Below, in pieces: positions 56,410 to 64,000 of a stretch of 64,000 bases of DNA (positions are counted from its first letter, which is position 1; each line of letters starts with the position of its first letter). The notes under the pieces were generated by a model. The model saw only the letters and a program-made list of their open reading frames with translations. It did no database searches and was not told where the DNA came from. The DNA is from an uncultured Muribaculaceae bacterium (GTDB lineage: Bacteria; Pseudomonadota; Alphaproteobacteria; Rs-D84). The position numbers were made by a program, and so were the translations under genes. The stretch lies in NCBI GenBank assembly GCA_964371145.1, contig CAYJKO010000002.1, positions 14,330 to 78,329 on the forward strand, in the 5' to 3' direction.

Positions 56410-57236
56410 CAAAAAAAATTGCCGTTATCACGATGGCTTATAATGATGAATTTTTCTTGAACCGTTGGATTAAATATTATGGCCAATTATTTGGCGAAGA
56501 AAATTTATTTATTCTACAAGATGGGTTGGACCAAAAAACACCAAAATTGGTGGGCAATTCAAATGTTTTTAAAATCGAAAAAAAGACCGGTTTATCACGC
56601 GCGCGCGCAGACAAATACAGAATTAATTTAATATCAGATGTGGCATCTGATTTATTTGAAAAAGATTATGATTTAATTATCGGATGCGACGTAGATGAAT
56701 TTTTAATTGTAGATCCAAAAAAAAATAAAACCCTGCCCCAATATTTATCCGAATTAAAAATTAAAACTTGTGTATCTGGTTTGGGATTGGATGTTGGAAT
56801 GGATTTAAATTCAGAATACACATTGGATGCAGATAAACCATTTTTAGAACAAAGAAAATTTGCCCTGTTATCCACACGATATACAAAACCCGTTGTTTTA
56901 TCAAAACCCGCACGTTGGGGTTCTGGATTTCATTGTGTTAAAAAACATAATTTTCATATTGATAAAAATTTATATTTGCTGCATTTTGGATCTGTTGATT
57001 ACGATATGATTAAAAACAAAGTCGGCGACAGAAATCCAGATTGGAAAAAACATCTATCTCGTCGAGCCGACACCATTATGCAAATTACAAAAAATCCAAA
57101 AAGAAATTTCTCGTTAACATTGGCGCGAATTTTGCAATCTGTTTTTCGCCCTATTTATGCTTGGAACAAACCGGGCATGTTGGGATTGAAAAAAATCACA
57201 ACATTGCCAGAACGTTTCAAACAAACAAATGTTTAA
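56406..57236 (+). CDS. putative glycosyltransferase (GT2-like fold, DxD motif)
   Basis: 276 aa. ..IAVITMAYNDEFFLNRWIKYY.. and an acidic DxD-type motif (IGCDVDEF). Overlaps the upstream ORF by 4 nt. Confidence 0.5.
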   Translation: MTKKIAVITMAYNDEFFLNRWIKYYGQLFGEENLFILQDGLDQKTPKLVGNSNVFKIEKKTGLSRARADKYRINLISDVASDLFEKDYDLIIGCDVDEFLIVDPKKNKTLPQYLSELKIKTCVSGLGLDVGMDLNSEYTLDADKPFLEQRKFALLSTRYTKPVVLSKPARWGSGFHCVKKHNFHIDKNLYLLHFGSVDYDMIKNKVGDRNPDWKKHLSRRADTIMQITKNPKRNFSLTLARILQSVFRPIYAWNKPGMLGLKKITTLPERFKQTNV

Positions 57237-57240
57237 AAAA

Positions 57241-57271
57241 AACCGGCTTTTGCCGGTATTTTTTTATTTTA
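57241..57271. terminator. bidirectional terminator between convergent glycosyltransferase genes
   Basis: AACCGGCttttGCCGGT hairpin followed by ATTTTTTTATTTT, with an A-run before it. Confidence 0.75.
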
Positions 57272-58268
57272 TAAATTCCAAAATTTTATTTTTCAATTTT
57301 TTATTTTTTGGCTCACAAGGATTTTCCAAAACCCCTATTTCAGCAATTGATGAAAATAATTTTTTAGCTTCTATGATATCCAATTCATCTTTTAATTTAG
57401 AAACTTTGCCAAACCCATAATGTAAAAAAGGCCACATAAATTTAGATTGCCAAACATTCATTTCGGATTTTTTTGCCTGCATTTTATAAACATCAAAAAT
57501 ATATTTAATCCCATATATTAAATTATCAATTTTTCGTAAAACTTTGCTGGATGCCATAATAGAATTTATTTGCGGAATGTAATAATACAAAGGCAAATTA
57601 ATAATTGTAGTTTTCGGATGACGCAACCAAAGCAGCGGCCACCATGCCGCATCTTCCATTATGATGCCGGGCGTAAATGGAATGTCCGATATTAATTCGC
57701 GGCGATATAAATTTTGCCATACATAACAATGTCTGATTTCAAATTTTTGTTTGCTGCCCCGCTCTGTCACAACAGAAAAAATATCGTTCGTTGTATACGA
57801 TTCTATTTTTGATAAATCATATTTTTTATTTAAATTTTTTGGACGAGTATTATTTCCATTAATGCCGAAAAATTCTTTAATTAAAATTTTCGTGCGCAGC
57901 CCTGTATTTTTTTTAAAAGACACGATATCAGAATTATTTTGCACCGCCAAATTATATGCAATTTCCAAAGTTTGAAAATGGATATAATCATCAGAATCTA
58001 AAAAATAAATATATTCGCCATTCGCATTTTTTGTCCCTGTATTTCTGGCAGATGACAGTCCACCATTTTTTTGAGTTATAACTTTTATTCTGGAATCTTT
58101 TGCAGCATATTCATTTAAAATATCAATTGAATTATCCGGACTGCCATCATTGACTGCTATTATTTCGAAATCTGTCAAAGTTTGATTTTGCAAACAATCC
58201 AGGCATCTGCGCAAATATTTTTCTACATTATATACCGGCAAAATTACAGAGATTTTTGGAACAGCCAT
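57264..58268 (-). CDS. family 2 glycosyltransferase
   Basis: 334 aa. The classic GT2 N-terminus ISVILPVYNVEKYLRRCLDCLQNQTLTDFEIIAVNDGSPDNS and the DSDD motif (YFLDSDDY). Confidence 0.85.
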   Translation of the reverse strand: MAVPKISVILPVYNVEKYLRRCLDCLQNQTLTDFEIIAVNDGSPDNSIDILNEYAAKDSRIKVITQKNGGLSSARNTGTKNANGEYIYFLDSDDYIHFQTLEIAYNLAVQNNSDIVSFKKNTGLRTKILIKEFFGINGNNTRPKNLNKKYDLSKIESYTTNDIFSVVTERGSKQKFEIRHCYVWQNLYRRELISDIPFTPGIIMEDAAWWPLLWLRHPKTTIINLPLYYYIPQINSIMASSKVLRKIDNLIYGIKYIFDVYKMQAKKSEMNVWQSKFMWPFLHYGFGKVSKLKDELDIIEAKKLFSSIAEIGVLENPCEPKNKKLKNKILEFIK

Positions 58269-58269
58269 A

Positions 58270-59190
58270 TTATTTTTTTCCTTTGTACATTTTGTTAATC
58301 ATAACATCTGCAAAACTGTTTGGAATAATTTTTTCACCACGCAGATAAGTTAATTTTTGAAAAAAAGAATCTTTTGTTAATTCATCAAATTTTTTTTGAT
58401 TGAATTGTTTTTGTCTGACGGTCCACCATACACTGTGTGTCGGTTCTTGATAAACATGTTTCATTTTTTCGAAATGCAATTTACATTTGTCATCATTTTC
58501 AACCATAACACGAAACAAAACCTGGTGCATAAAATAATCGAAAGCATTTGGTTCTTTTGACCAATATGCATGTATCATTGCACGCCATGCATTTAATAAA
58601 TACGAACCACGTTTCGAACGAATAAAACAATTTTGCACAAAGCTGTATTTATCACCGATTTTATCACCAACCAAATACATAAAAAAATCTTGTGATTCAA
58701 TCCAATCTTGGATTTCATGGGACGCAAACCCGGTTGAATCCAACCAAAATCCACCATAATTATATAATAATTCAACACGACAAATGTCGGCAAAATGAGC
58801 ATTTTTTATTTGCCCACGTTTACGTTTTTTCATAATAACATCTGGTAATTTTATGTAATCAAATAATGTATTTTCATCCAGAACAATTAATTCTTGTTTA
58901 CAATTTTTTCGCACACTGTTGTAACAAGCGCGAACTAAATCCGGAGCATTGTTTTCCCCCTGTAACCAGATAGTCCAAATTTTTTCAGATGTATTATTTT
59001 TATTCGGTTTTGAATCTGGCAAATTTTTAACAGCATACAAATATCTTTTCAAATATTTTGTAATATATTTTGCGGCAACATCATTTCTGATTTTTTTTCT
59101 TGTCGCTCTATCGCGCCAAAACCAATTTGAAATGTGTGCTTTAAAAATTATTGCGGTCAAATAATAATTTCTTGCCAGATTCATAAACAA
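58270..59190 (-). CDS. glycosyltransferase with DXD sugar-binding region (Gly_transf_sug/OCH1-like)
   Basis: 306 aa. ..KIWTIWLQGENNAP.. and ..AHFADICRVELLYNYGGFWLDST.. match the DXD sugar-binding glycosyltransferase family pattern. Its stop lies 1 nt from the next gene's start. Confidence 0.6.
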   Translation of the reverse strand: MFMNLARNYYLTAIIFKAHISNWFWRDRATRKKIRNDVAAKYITKYLKRYLYAVKNLPDSKPNKNNTSEKIWTIWLQGENNAPDLVRACYNSVRKNCKQELIVLDENTLFDYIKLPDVIMKKRKRGQIKNAHFADICRVELLYNYGGFWLDSTGFASHEIQDWIESQDFFMYLVGDKIGDKYSFVQNCFIRSKRGSYLLNAWRAMIHAYWSKEPNAFDYFMHQVLFRVMVENDDKCKLHFEKMKHVYQEPTHSVWWTVRQKQFNQKKFDELTKDSFFQKLTYLRGEKIIPNSFADVMINKMYKGKK

Positions 59191-59196
59191 CCTTTT

Positions 59197-60270
59197 TTAT
59201 TCTGCATCTTCTTGCGATGTCACAGGTTCCGGACCTGTCATCATTTCTTCTGCGATTCCAGATGATTTTGCCATAATTTTATCTAATAATTCTGCTTGTT
59301 CGGTTGGGTGATCTTTCAACCATTGGCGTGCATTTGCTTCGCCCTGTCCCATACGAGTTGAATTATAAGAATAGAAACTTCCCGCTTTTTCGATAAAATC
59401 GTATTTAACACCCATATCTAAAATTTCACTGATACGGGATACACCTTCGCCATACATAATTTTGAAATCAACTGTACGGAATGGTGGCGCGACTTTATTT
59501 TTAACAACTTTTACTCTTGTTTCGTTTCCGACAATATTTTCTTTATCTTTGATTTGACCTGTGCGACGAATATCCAGACGGACAGATGCGTAAAATTTCA
59601 AAGCATTTCCACCGGACGTTGTTTCAGGAGATCCAAACATAACACCGATTTTATGACGGATTTGATTGATAAAGATTAATAACGTGTTGCTGCGAGAAAC
59701 AGAACCTGCCAATTTTTTCAAAGATTGAGACATCAAACGAGCAGTTGTACCCATAAATGTATCACCGATATTTCCTTCTAATTCTGCTTTTGGCACCAAT
59801 GCTGCAACAGAATCGACAACGATAACATCGACCGCGCCAGATTTAATTAAAGTGTCCGCGATTTCCAAAGCCTGTTCGCCGGAATCGGGTTGAGATATAA
59901 TTAAATTTGAAACATTCACACCCAATTTATTTGCGTATGATGGATCCAAAGCATTTTCAGCGTCGATATACGCACATGTTCCGCCCATCTTTTGGCTTTC
60001 TGCAACCGCATGCAAAGCAAGCGTTGTTTTACCAGAACTTTCCGGTCCATAAATTTCAACGATACGACCCTTTGGATAACCGCCTATTCCCAATGCGATA
60101 TCCAACCCAAGTGAACCCGATGAGATTGCTTCGATATTTTGAACAGAGCCATCACCCATTGTCATAATTGCATCTTTTCCGAATTGTTTTTGAATTTGCG
60201 CCAACGCAGATTCCAAAGCCGGATTTTTAGATGAAGATGCGGCAGCTTTTATAGTTTCTTTTTTTGCCAT
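59197..60270 (-). CDS. recA: recombinase RecA
   Basis: 357 aa. Walker [10 protein letters not shown], and the L1/L2 loops are conserved. Confidence 0.95.
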   Translation of the reverse strand: MAKKETIKAAASSSKNPALESALAQIQKQFGKDAIMTMGDGSVQNIEAISSGSLGLDIALGIGGYPKGRIVEIYGPESSGKTTLALHAVAESQKMGGTCAYIDAENALDPSYANKLGVNVSNLIISQPDSGEQALEIADTLIKSGAVDVIVVDSVAALVPKAELEGNIGDTFMGTTARLMSQSLKKLAGSVSRSNTLLIFINQIRHKIGVMFGSPETTSGGNALKFYASVRLDIRRTGQIKDKENIVGNETRVKVVKNKVAPPFRTVDFKIMYGEGVSRISEILDMGVKYDFIEKAGSFYSYNSTRMGQGEANARQWLKDHPTEQAELLDKIMAKSSGIAEEMMTGPEPVTSQEDAE

Positions 60271-60335
60271 TTTTTATCCTTTCTTTTTCTTATATCTATC
60301 ATACAAATGACAGGATTTTTTTGCAACAACAAAAA

Positions 60336-61529
60336 CTATTTTTTAAAGTTATATATGTACAAAGAAACCAAACATGCAAACACCGCAAACAACCATACGA
60401 AATATGTATCGCGGAACAAAAATATTATACCTGCACACATTAATGGCGCTATGAATTTGGACAAAGTATTTGCGGTTGTATATATACCCAAAAATTTTGG
60501 TCTCTCGGACTTTTTAACCGCATCAAAGAAACTTAAATCTCTAACCGGTGCCATAATCGCGGCTGAAACTTGCCATAAAATAAATATTATCGGCAACATG
60601 AAATTTGATGCGAACACCGCCCATAACGCAAACAATCCAAATGTTATCAATCCAAAATTCATCAAAGCCCGTTTTCCAAAACGTCTGATTAATGTTACAA
60701 CAAACATATTGGAAAAGATATATGGCAAAACACCAATAGATAAAACAATACCCAATTGCGTCGGGGAAAATCCACGTTCTACCATAACGATTGGAACATA
60801 TAATGCGCGGATTGACACCAATATAAAATAACAAATGCTGTTGATATATGACATTCTTAATTTATGCTTCGAAAAGAAAACCTTGATAGAACGCATCAAT
60901 GATTTAAAATTTCGTTTTGCATTTGGCGTCATCTTTTTTTTGTCCGCCTGCACTATTCTGAAATATCTGAAATCCATCCAACAAATTAAATAGCAGATAC
61001 CCGCAATAACAAATCCCAAACGATAATTATCCCCAAATCTTTCTGCAATATACATCGCCAACATAGGGCCGGCAAAAATACCAATATTTGCCCACACATT
61101 AAATCTGGATCTTAATTCTGTTATACCGGTTTTTTTGGTTGAAAAATCCGACATGAACAAAGGCGTTAAAACACCGGTAAAAACCGCCGCCAACCCCGTC
61201 ATATAATCCAGCGCAATAAACGTTCCAACTTTTATCGACAACCCCATCATACAAAAACCGATACCAGCAACCAAAAGCGAGAAATGAAACACTTGTGATT
61301 TTGTAAAATATTTTAAAACCTCGTTCGGTATCAAAGACACCAATAAACAGAAAAAAGAATATAACGCGACATAAATACTAACCAATGCGCTGTTACCATT
61401 TAACAATTCTAATAATACCAAAGAATAAGACGCCCCATACACACCCGCGGCCAACCCCATAAAAATACCCATATTCGCAAACGAATAACCATTAATAGTT
61501 TTTTTTACAGACAAATATTTTTCGTGCAT
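60336..61529 (-). CDS. MFS-type membrane transporter
   Basis: Start taken at MHEKYLSV.. (398 aa). About 12 TM helices with MFS-like loop motifs (..MDFRYFRIVQADKKK.. between the halves, ..LIRRFGKRALM..). Confidence 0.55.
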   Translation of the reverse strand: MHEKYLSVKKTINGYSFANMGIFMGLAAGVYGASYSLVLLELLNGNSALVSIYVALYSFFCLLVSLIPNEVLKYFTKSQVFHFSLLVAGIGFCMMGLSIKVGTFIALDYMTGLAAVFTGVLTPLFMSDFSTKKTGITELRSRFNVWANIGIFAGPMLAMYIAERFGDNYRLGFVIAGICYLICWMDFRYFRIVQADKKKMTPNAKRNFKSLMRSIKVFFSKHKLRMSYINSICYFILVSIRALYVPIVMVERGFSPTQLGIVLSIGVLPYIFSNMFVVTLIRRFGKRALMNFGLITFGLFALWAVFASNFMLPIIFILWQVSAAIMAPVRDLSFFDAVKKSERPKFLGIYTTANTLSKFIAPLMCAGIIFLFRDTYFVWLFAVFACLVSLYIYNFKK

Positions 61530-61575
61530 TCCAATCTCTTTTTTTATACGACATATATTGTACCACAAAAACCAT

Positions 61576-61616
61576 AAAAAAAATACTGCAAATTGCAGTA
61601 TTTTTTTATTTTTTGA
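61576..61616. terminator. hairpin terminator downstream of secB (-)
   Basis: ATACTGCAAaTTGCAGTAT perfect palindrome, A-run 5' and a long T-run 3'. Confidence 0.7.
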
Positions 61617-61623
61617 AAAAACA

Positions 61624-62064
61624 TTATGCGTTTGCTGCTGCATATTTTTCTTCATATTTTTTTTCGAAATCAACCGGTTGCATAGCAAATGGAGGAAATC
61701 CAGATTCAGCCGTCAAACGTGTAACCAATGCGCGAATAGATGGGAACAATAAATTTGGAACATCTATTAACAAAATGCGTTTTTTTGCATCTTCGTCCAT
61801 TTCTGCATCATCAATTTGAACCAATCCGGAATATGTTGTTTCAATCATAAAGATAGTTTTTTCATCTTCTGTTAATTTTGAATGAACTTTCAAAATCAAA
61901 TCTACCATATACAAGTTGTTTTCACCTGCTTTCATCAATTTAATTTCAACGGGCATATCTATTTTTGCTTGACCGTTGCCTTGTTTTACCAATAATTCAG
62001 GTACATTTGGGCTTTCAAATGATATATCTTTTAAAAATTGAACAGCCAGATTAAATTTTGCCAT
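61624..62064 (-). CDS. secB: protein-export chaperone SecB
   Basis: 146 aa, MAKFNLAVQFLKDISFESPNVPE.., acidic C-terminus. Confidence 0.85.
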   Translation of the reverse strand: MAKFNLAVQFLKDISFESPNVPELLVKQGNGQAKIDMPVEIKLMKAGENNLYMVDLILKVHSKLTEDEKTIFMIETTYSGLVQIDDAEMDEDAKKRILLIDVPNLLFPSIRALVTRLTAESGFPPFAMQPVDFEKKYEEKYAAANA

Positions 62065-62141
62065 AATAATACTCCTTTTTTTATAAAGCTATTTATGATA
62101 ATATAACACTATTGGTTAAAATTACAAGTGGGTATATAAAA

Positions 62142-63257
62142 ATGAATCAAAAAAAATTATTAAACTCTTTAAAAGCGCCTGTTTTATTGATGGCAGGATT
62201 ATTTATTTTGGCAACTTTGCCGTCTTGCGACCTGTCTCCGTCCAGCAGAAAAGTCCCGGGTTCCAAAATGCCGTCTTCTAATTTCACAAAAGTATCCTAC
62301 TCTGCTCTGCCGGGTTGGGAAGATGATGACGTTCGCTATGCATTACAAGCTTTCCGTAACAGCTGTCGTGCAAAAATTCAATATGTTGGCGAATTAAATC
62401 CGAACCCTGAATTATTCAAAGAAAAATGCGAAACATTGCCAAGTCCGGATGCGTCCACGTCCACAGTTCGCGCATGGTTTGAATCTCATTTCCAACCGTA
62501 CCAAATTTATAATGACAACGGAACAGATACGGGATTATTCACCGGATATTATTCACCGACTATAAAGGGATGCAGAACAAAAACAGCGCATTGTGATACC
62601 CCATTGATGAGCGCGCCAACAGATGGTCGCGAATATAAAGGTGTTGAAAAAGAAACAATCGTTAAAAATAAAATTGGTAACGTATTATATTGGGCGAATA
62701 TCGTAGATGTTCAAGATATACAAATCCAAGGCAGCGGTTTGGTTGAATTAGAAAACGGCGAACGTGTTAAATTAAATTTCGGCGGCACAAATGATATGAC
62801 ATTTAAATCTGTTGCCCAATATTTAAAAGACCGCAACATTAAACCTGAGGGCGGGTATTCGGCAGAAGCCCTGTGGTCACATTTACGCGCACGCCCAGAA
62901 TTGGCATATGACGCAATTAATTCAAACCCAAGATATGTATATTTTACAAAAGCATCTTCCCATGACGTTATTGGAAAAATCGGAACACCTCTATCTAAAA
63001 TCCGCAGCATCGCAATGGATGACGAATTATATACAATTGGATTGCCTGTATACATTGATACGAAATTATCAAACGGACAAAAATTCCAAAGATTGATGAT
63101 TGCCCAAGATACCGGCAGCGCGATAACAGGATGGATTCGTGCAGATATCTTTTTCGGATCAGGAACCGACGCATATCAATATGCCCAAGGCCAACATCAA
63201 CAAGGCAGAATGTTTATATTGATGCCAAAAGAATACACATATGTCCAACCCGATTAA
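62142..63257 (+). CDS. mltA: membrane-bound lytic murein transglycosylase A (lipoprotein)
   Basis: Start at MNQKKLL.. with lipobox LPSC. MltA-specific domain and a C-terminal 3D domain (..GWIRADIFFGSGTDAYQYAQGQHQQGRMFILMPK). Confidence 0.8.
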   Translation: MNQKKLLNSLKAPVLLMAGLFILATLPSCDLSPSSRKVPGSKMPSSNFTKVSYSALPGWEDDDVRYALQAFRNSCRAKIQYVGELNPNPELFKEKCETLPSPDASTSTVRAWFESHFQPYQIYNDNGTDTGLFTGYYSPTIKGCRTKTAHCDTPLMSAPTDGREYKGVEKETIVKNKIGNVLYWANIVDVQDIQIQGSGLVELENGERVKLNFGGTNDMTFKSVAQYLKDRNIKPEGGYSAEALWSHLRARPELAYDAINSNPRYVYFTKASSHDVIGKIGTPLSKIRSIAMDDELYTIGLPVYIDTKLSNGQKFQRLMIAQDTGSAITGWIRADIFFGSGTDAYQYAQGQHQQGRMFILMPKEYTYVQPD

Positions 63258-63573
63258 TAATAAATTTTTAAAACGTTTCAGCCGTCCCAGAACATTTGCA
63301 TCATCTCTTGGTAATTTGATGCAAATTATGGGAGTGGCCGCCAGCGATTCTGACCTGCTGAATCGATGGGATAAAATCATGGGATCGGACATTGCAAACA
63401 TTGCTGAATTAAATGGTATTAAATCCAACAAAGAAAAAAAATTTATAATCACAATTCGTGCCAAATCACCGGCTTTTTCATTACAATTATCATATCAAAA
63501 AACCGAAATTATTGATAAAATTAATAAATATTTCGGATATGACGCAGTATCAAAAATTATTATAAAAAAATAA
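63241..63573 (+). CDS. DUF721/DciA-like protein
   Basis: 110 aa. ..LLNRWDKIMGSDIANIAELNGIKSNKEKKFIITIRAKSPAFSLQLSYQKTEIIDKINKYFGYDAVSKIII matches the DUF721 pattern (W..ivG..la.h..p..l..g.L.v.v.s.awa.eL......i...in..lg...v..i.f). The annotated start overlaps the mltA 3' end. Confidence 0.5.
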   Translation: MSNPINNKFLKRFSRPRTFASSLGNLMQIMGVAASDSDLLNRWDKIMGSDIANIAELNGIKSNKEKKFIITIRAKSPAFSLQLSYQKTEIIDKINKYFGYDAVSKIIIKK

Positions 63574-63682
63574 TTTAATTTTCTTTTTTTCCGTAATAAG
63601 AAATCAATGCTTTTGCATAATCTTGCAGACCAGATATATATTGAAATATAATAAAATTTTTCATATTAACATTCCTTTATTT

Positions 63683-63976
63683 TTAAATTAATTTTCTTAA
63701 AGAATGTCTGGACCAATATGTTGCCAATGCCGGAATCAAAAACAAAACAATTCCTGCGATATTCCAAACTGTTATCCAATTCGCCCAATCATTGTGTAAT
63801 GTAACCACAGACAATTGAAACATATTTGCAACCATATTCATAAAATCATCAGAAAAACCCAACGCCCAAAAAATTATAACCAAAGAAATATTTAAAACCC
63901 AAGAATAAAACAAAAATATCTGACGGCTTTTTAAATCAGAATCAAATTGTCTGGCCTGTTCTAAATCTGTTTTCAT
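63683..63976 (-). CDS. hypothetical small membrane protein
   Basis: 97 aa with two predicted TM helices. No recognisable family. Confidence 0.4.
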   Translation of the reverse strand: MKTDLEQARQFDSDLKSRQIFLFYSWVLNISLVIIFWALGFSDDFMNMVANMFQLSVVTLHNDWANWITVWNIAGIVLFLIPALATYWSRHSLRKLI

Positions 63977-64000
63977 AATAATTCTCCCAATACATTTTAT

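Noticed and set aside
63590-63670. 29-aa minus-strand ORF (MKNFIIFQYISGLQDYAKALISYYGKKEN) between the dciA-like gene and the last gene
   Set aside because: Too short with no supporting RBS or family resemblance. Noted only as a possibility.
1-64000. CRISPR arrays, rRNA genes, IS elements or transposases, integrases other than xerD, prophage genes
   Set aside because: No regularly spaced direct repeats, no 16S/23S/5S-like sequence, and no DDE transposase or phage structural motifs in any frame. xerD appears in a housekeeping context.

Overview
This AT-rich 64 kb window looks like one contiguous stretch of a small bacterial chromosome. The gene content and order fit an intracellular alphaproteobacterium (Rickettsiales/Holosporales-like), but I cannot prove the taxon from sequence alone. 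Most of it is densely packed housekeeping genes: gatC-gatA-(insert)-gatB, miaB, tatB-tatC with a separate unannotated tatA, lolA, recJ, ftsL-ftsI, sufS-sufT-sufE, trxA, dksA, thrS, gltX, trmB, a ybeY-lnt fusion, rarA, ftsK, a PAP2 phosphatase, ctpA, yajC-secD-secF, mutL, greA, lptF/G, xerD, trxB, a class II ribonucleotide reductase with a PduO-type adenosyltransferase, serS, typA, recA, secB, mltA and a dciA-like gene. There are two tRNAs, Phe(GAA) on the minus strand and Lys(CUU) on the plus strand, and several clear hairpin terminators between convergent genes.

The accessory or unusual content is:
- an ATP-grasp-like ORF with an antisense tRNA-Phe wedged between gatA and gatB;
- a candidate polymorphic-toxin locus at 27.1-29.1 kb (membrane-anchored protein, HNH-like nuclease-fold ORF, SUKH/SMI1-KNR4-like immunity protein, ribbon-helix-helix protein);
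- tandem NrdR-box-like palindromes overlapping a sigma70-like promoter upstream of the RNR-pduO pair;
- a DksA homolog lacking all four zinc-finger cysteines;
- a four-glycosyltransferase island between typA and recA;
- tandem duplicated DMT-type transporter genes;
- a duplicated hairpin element downstream of tRNA-Lys.

I found no CRISPR arrays, rRNA genes, or transposase/IS elements.
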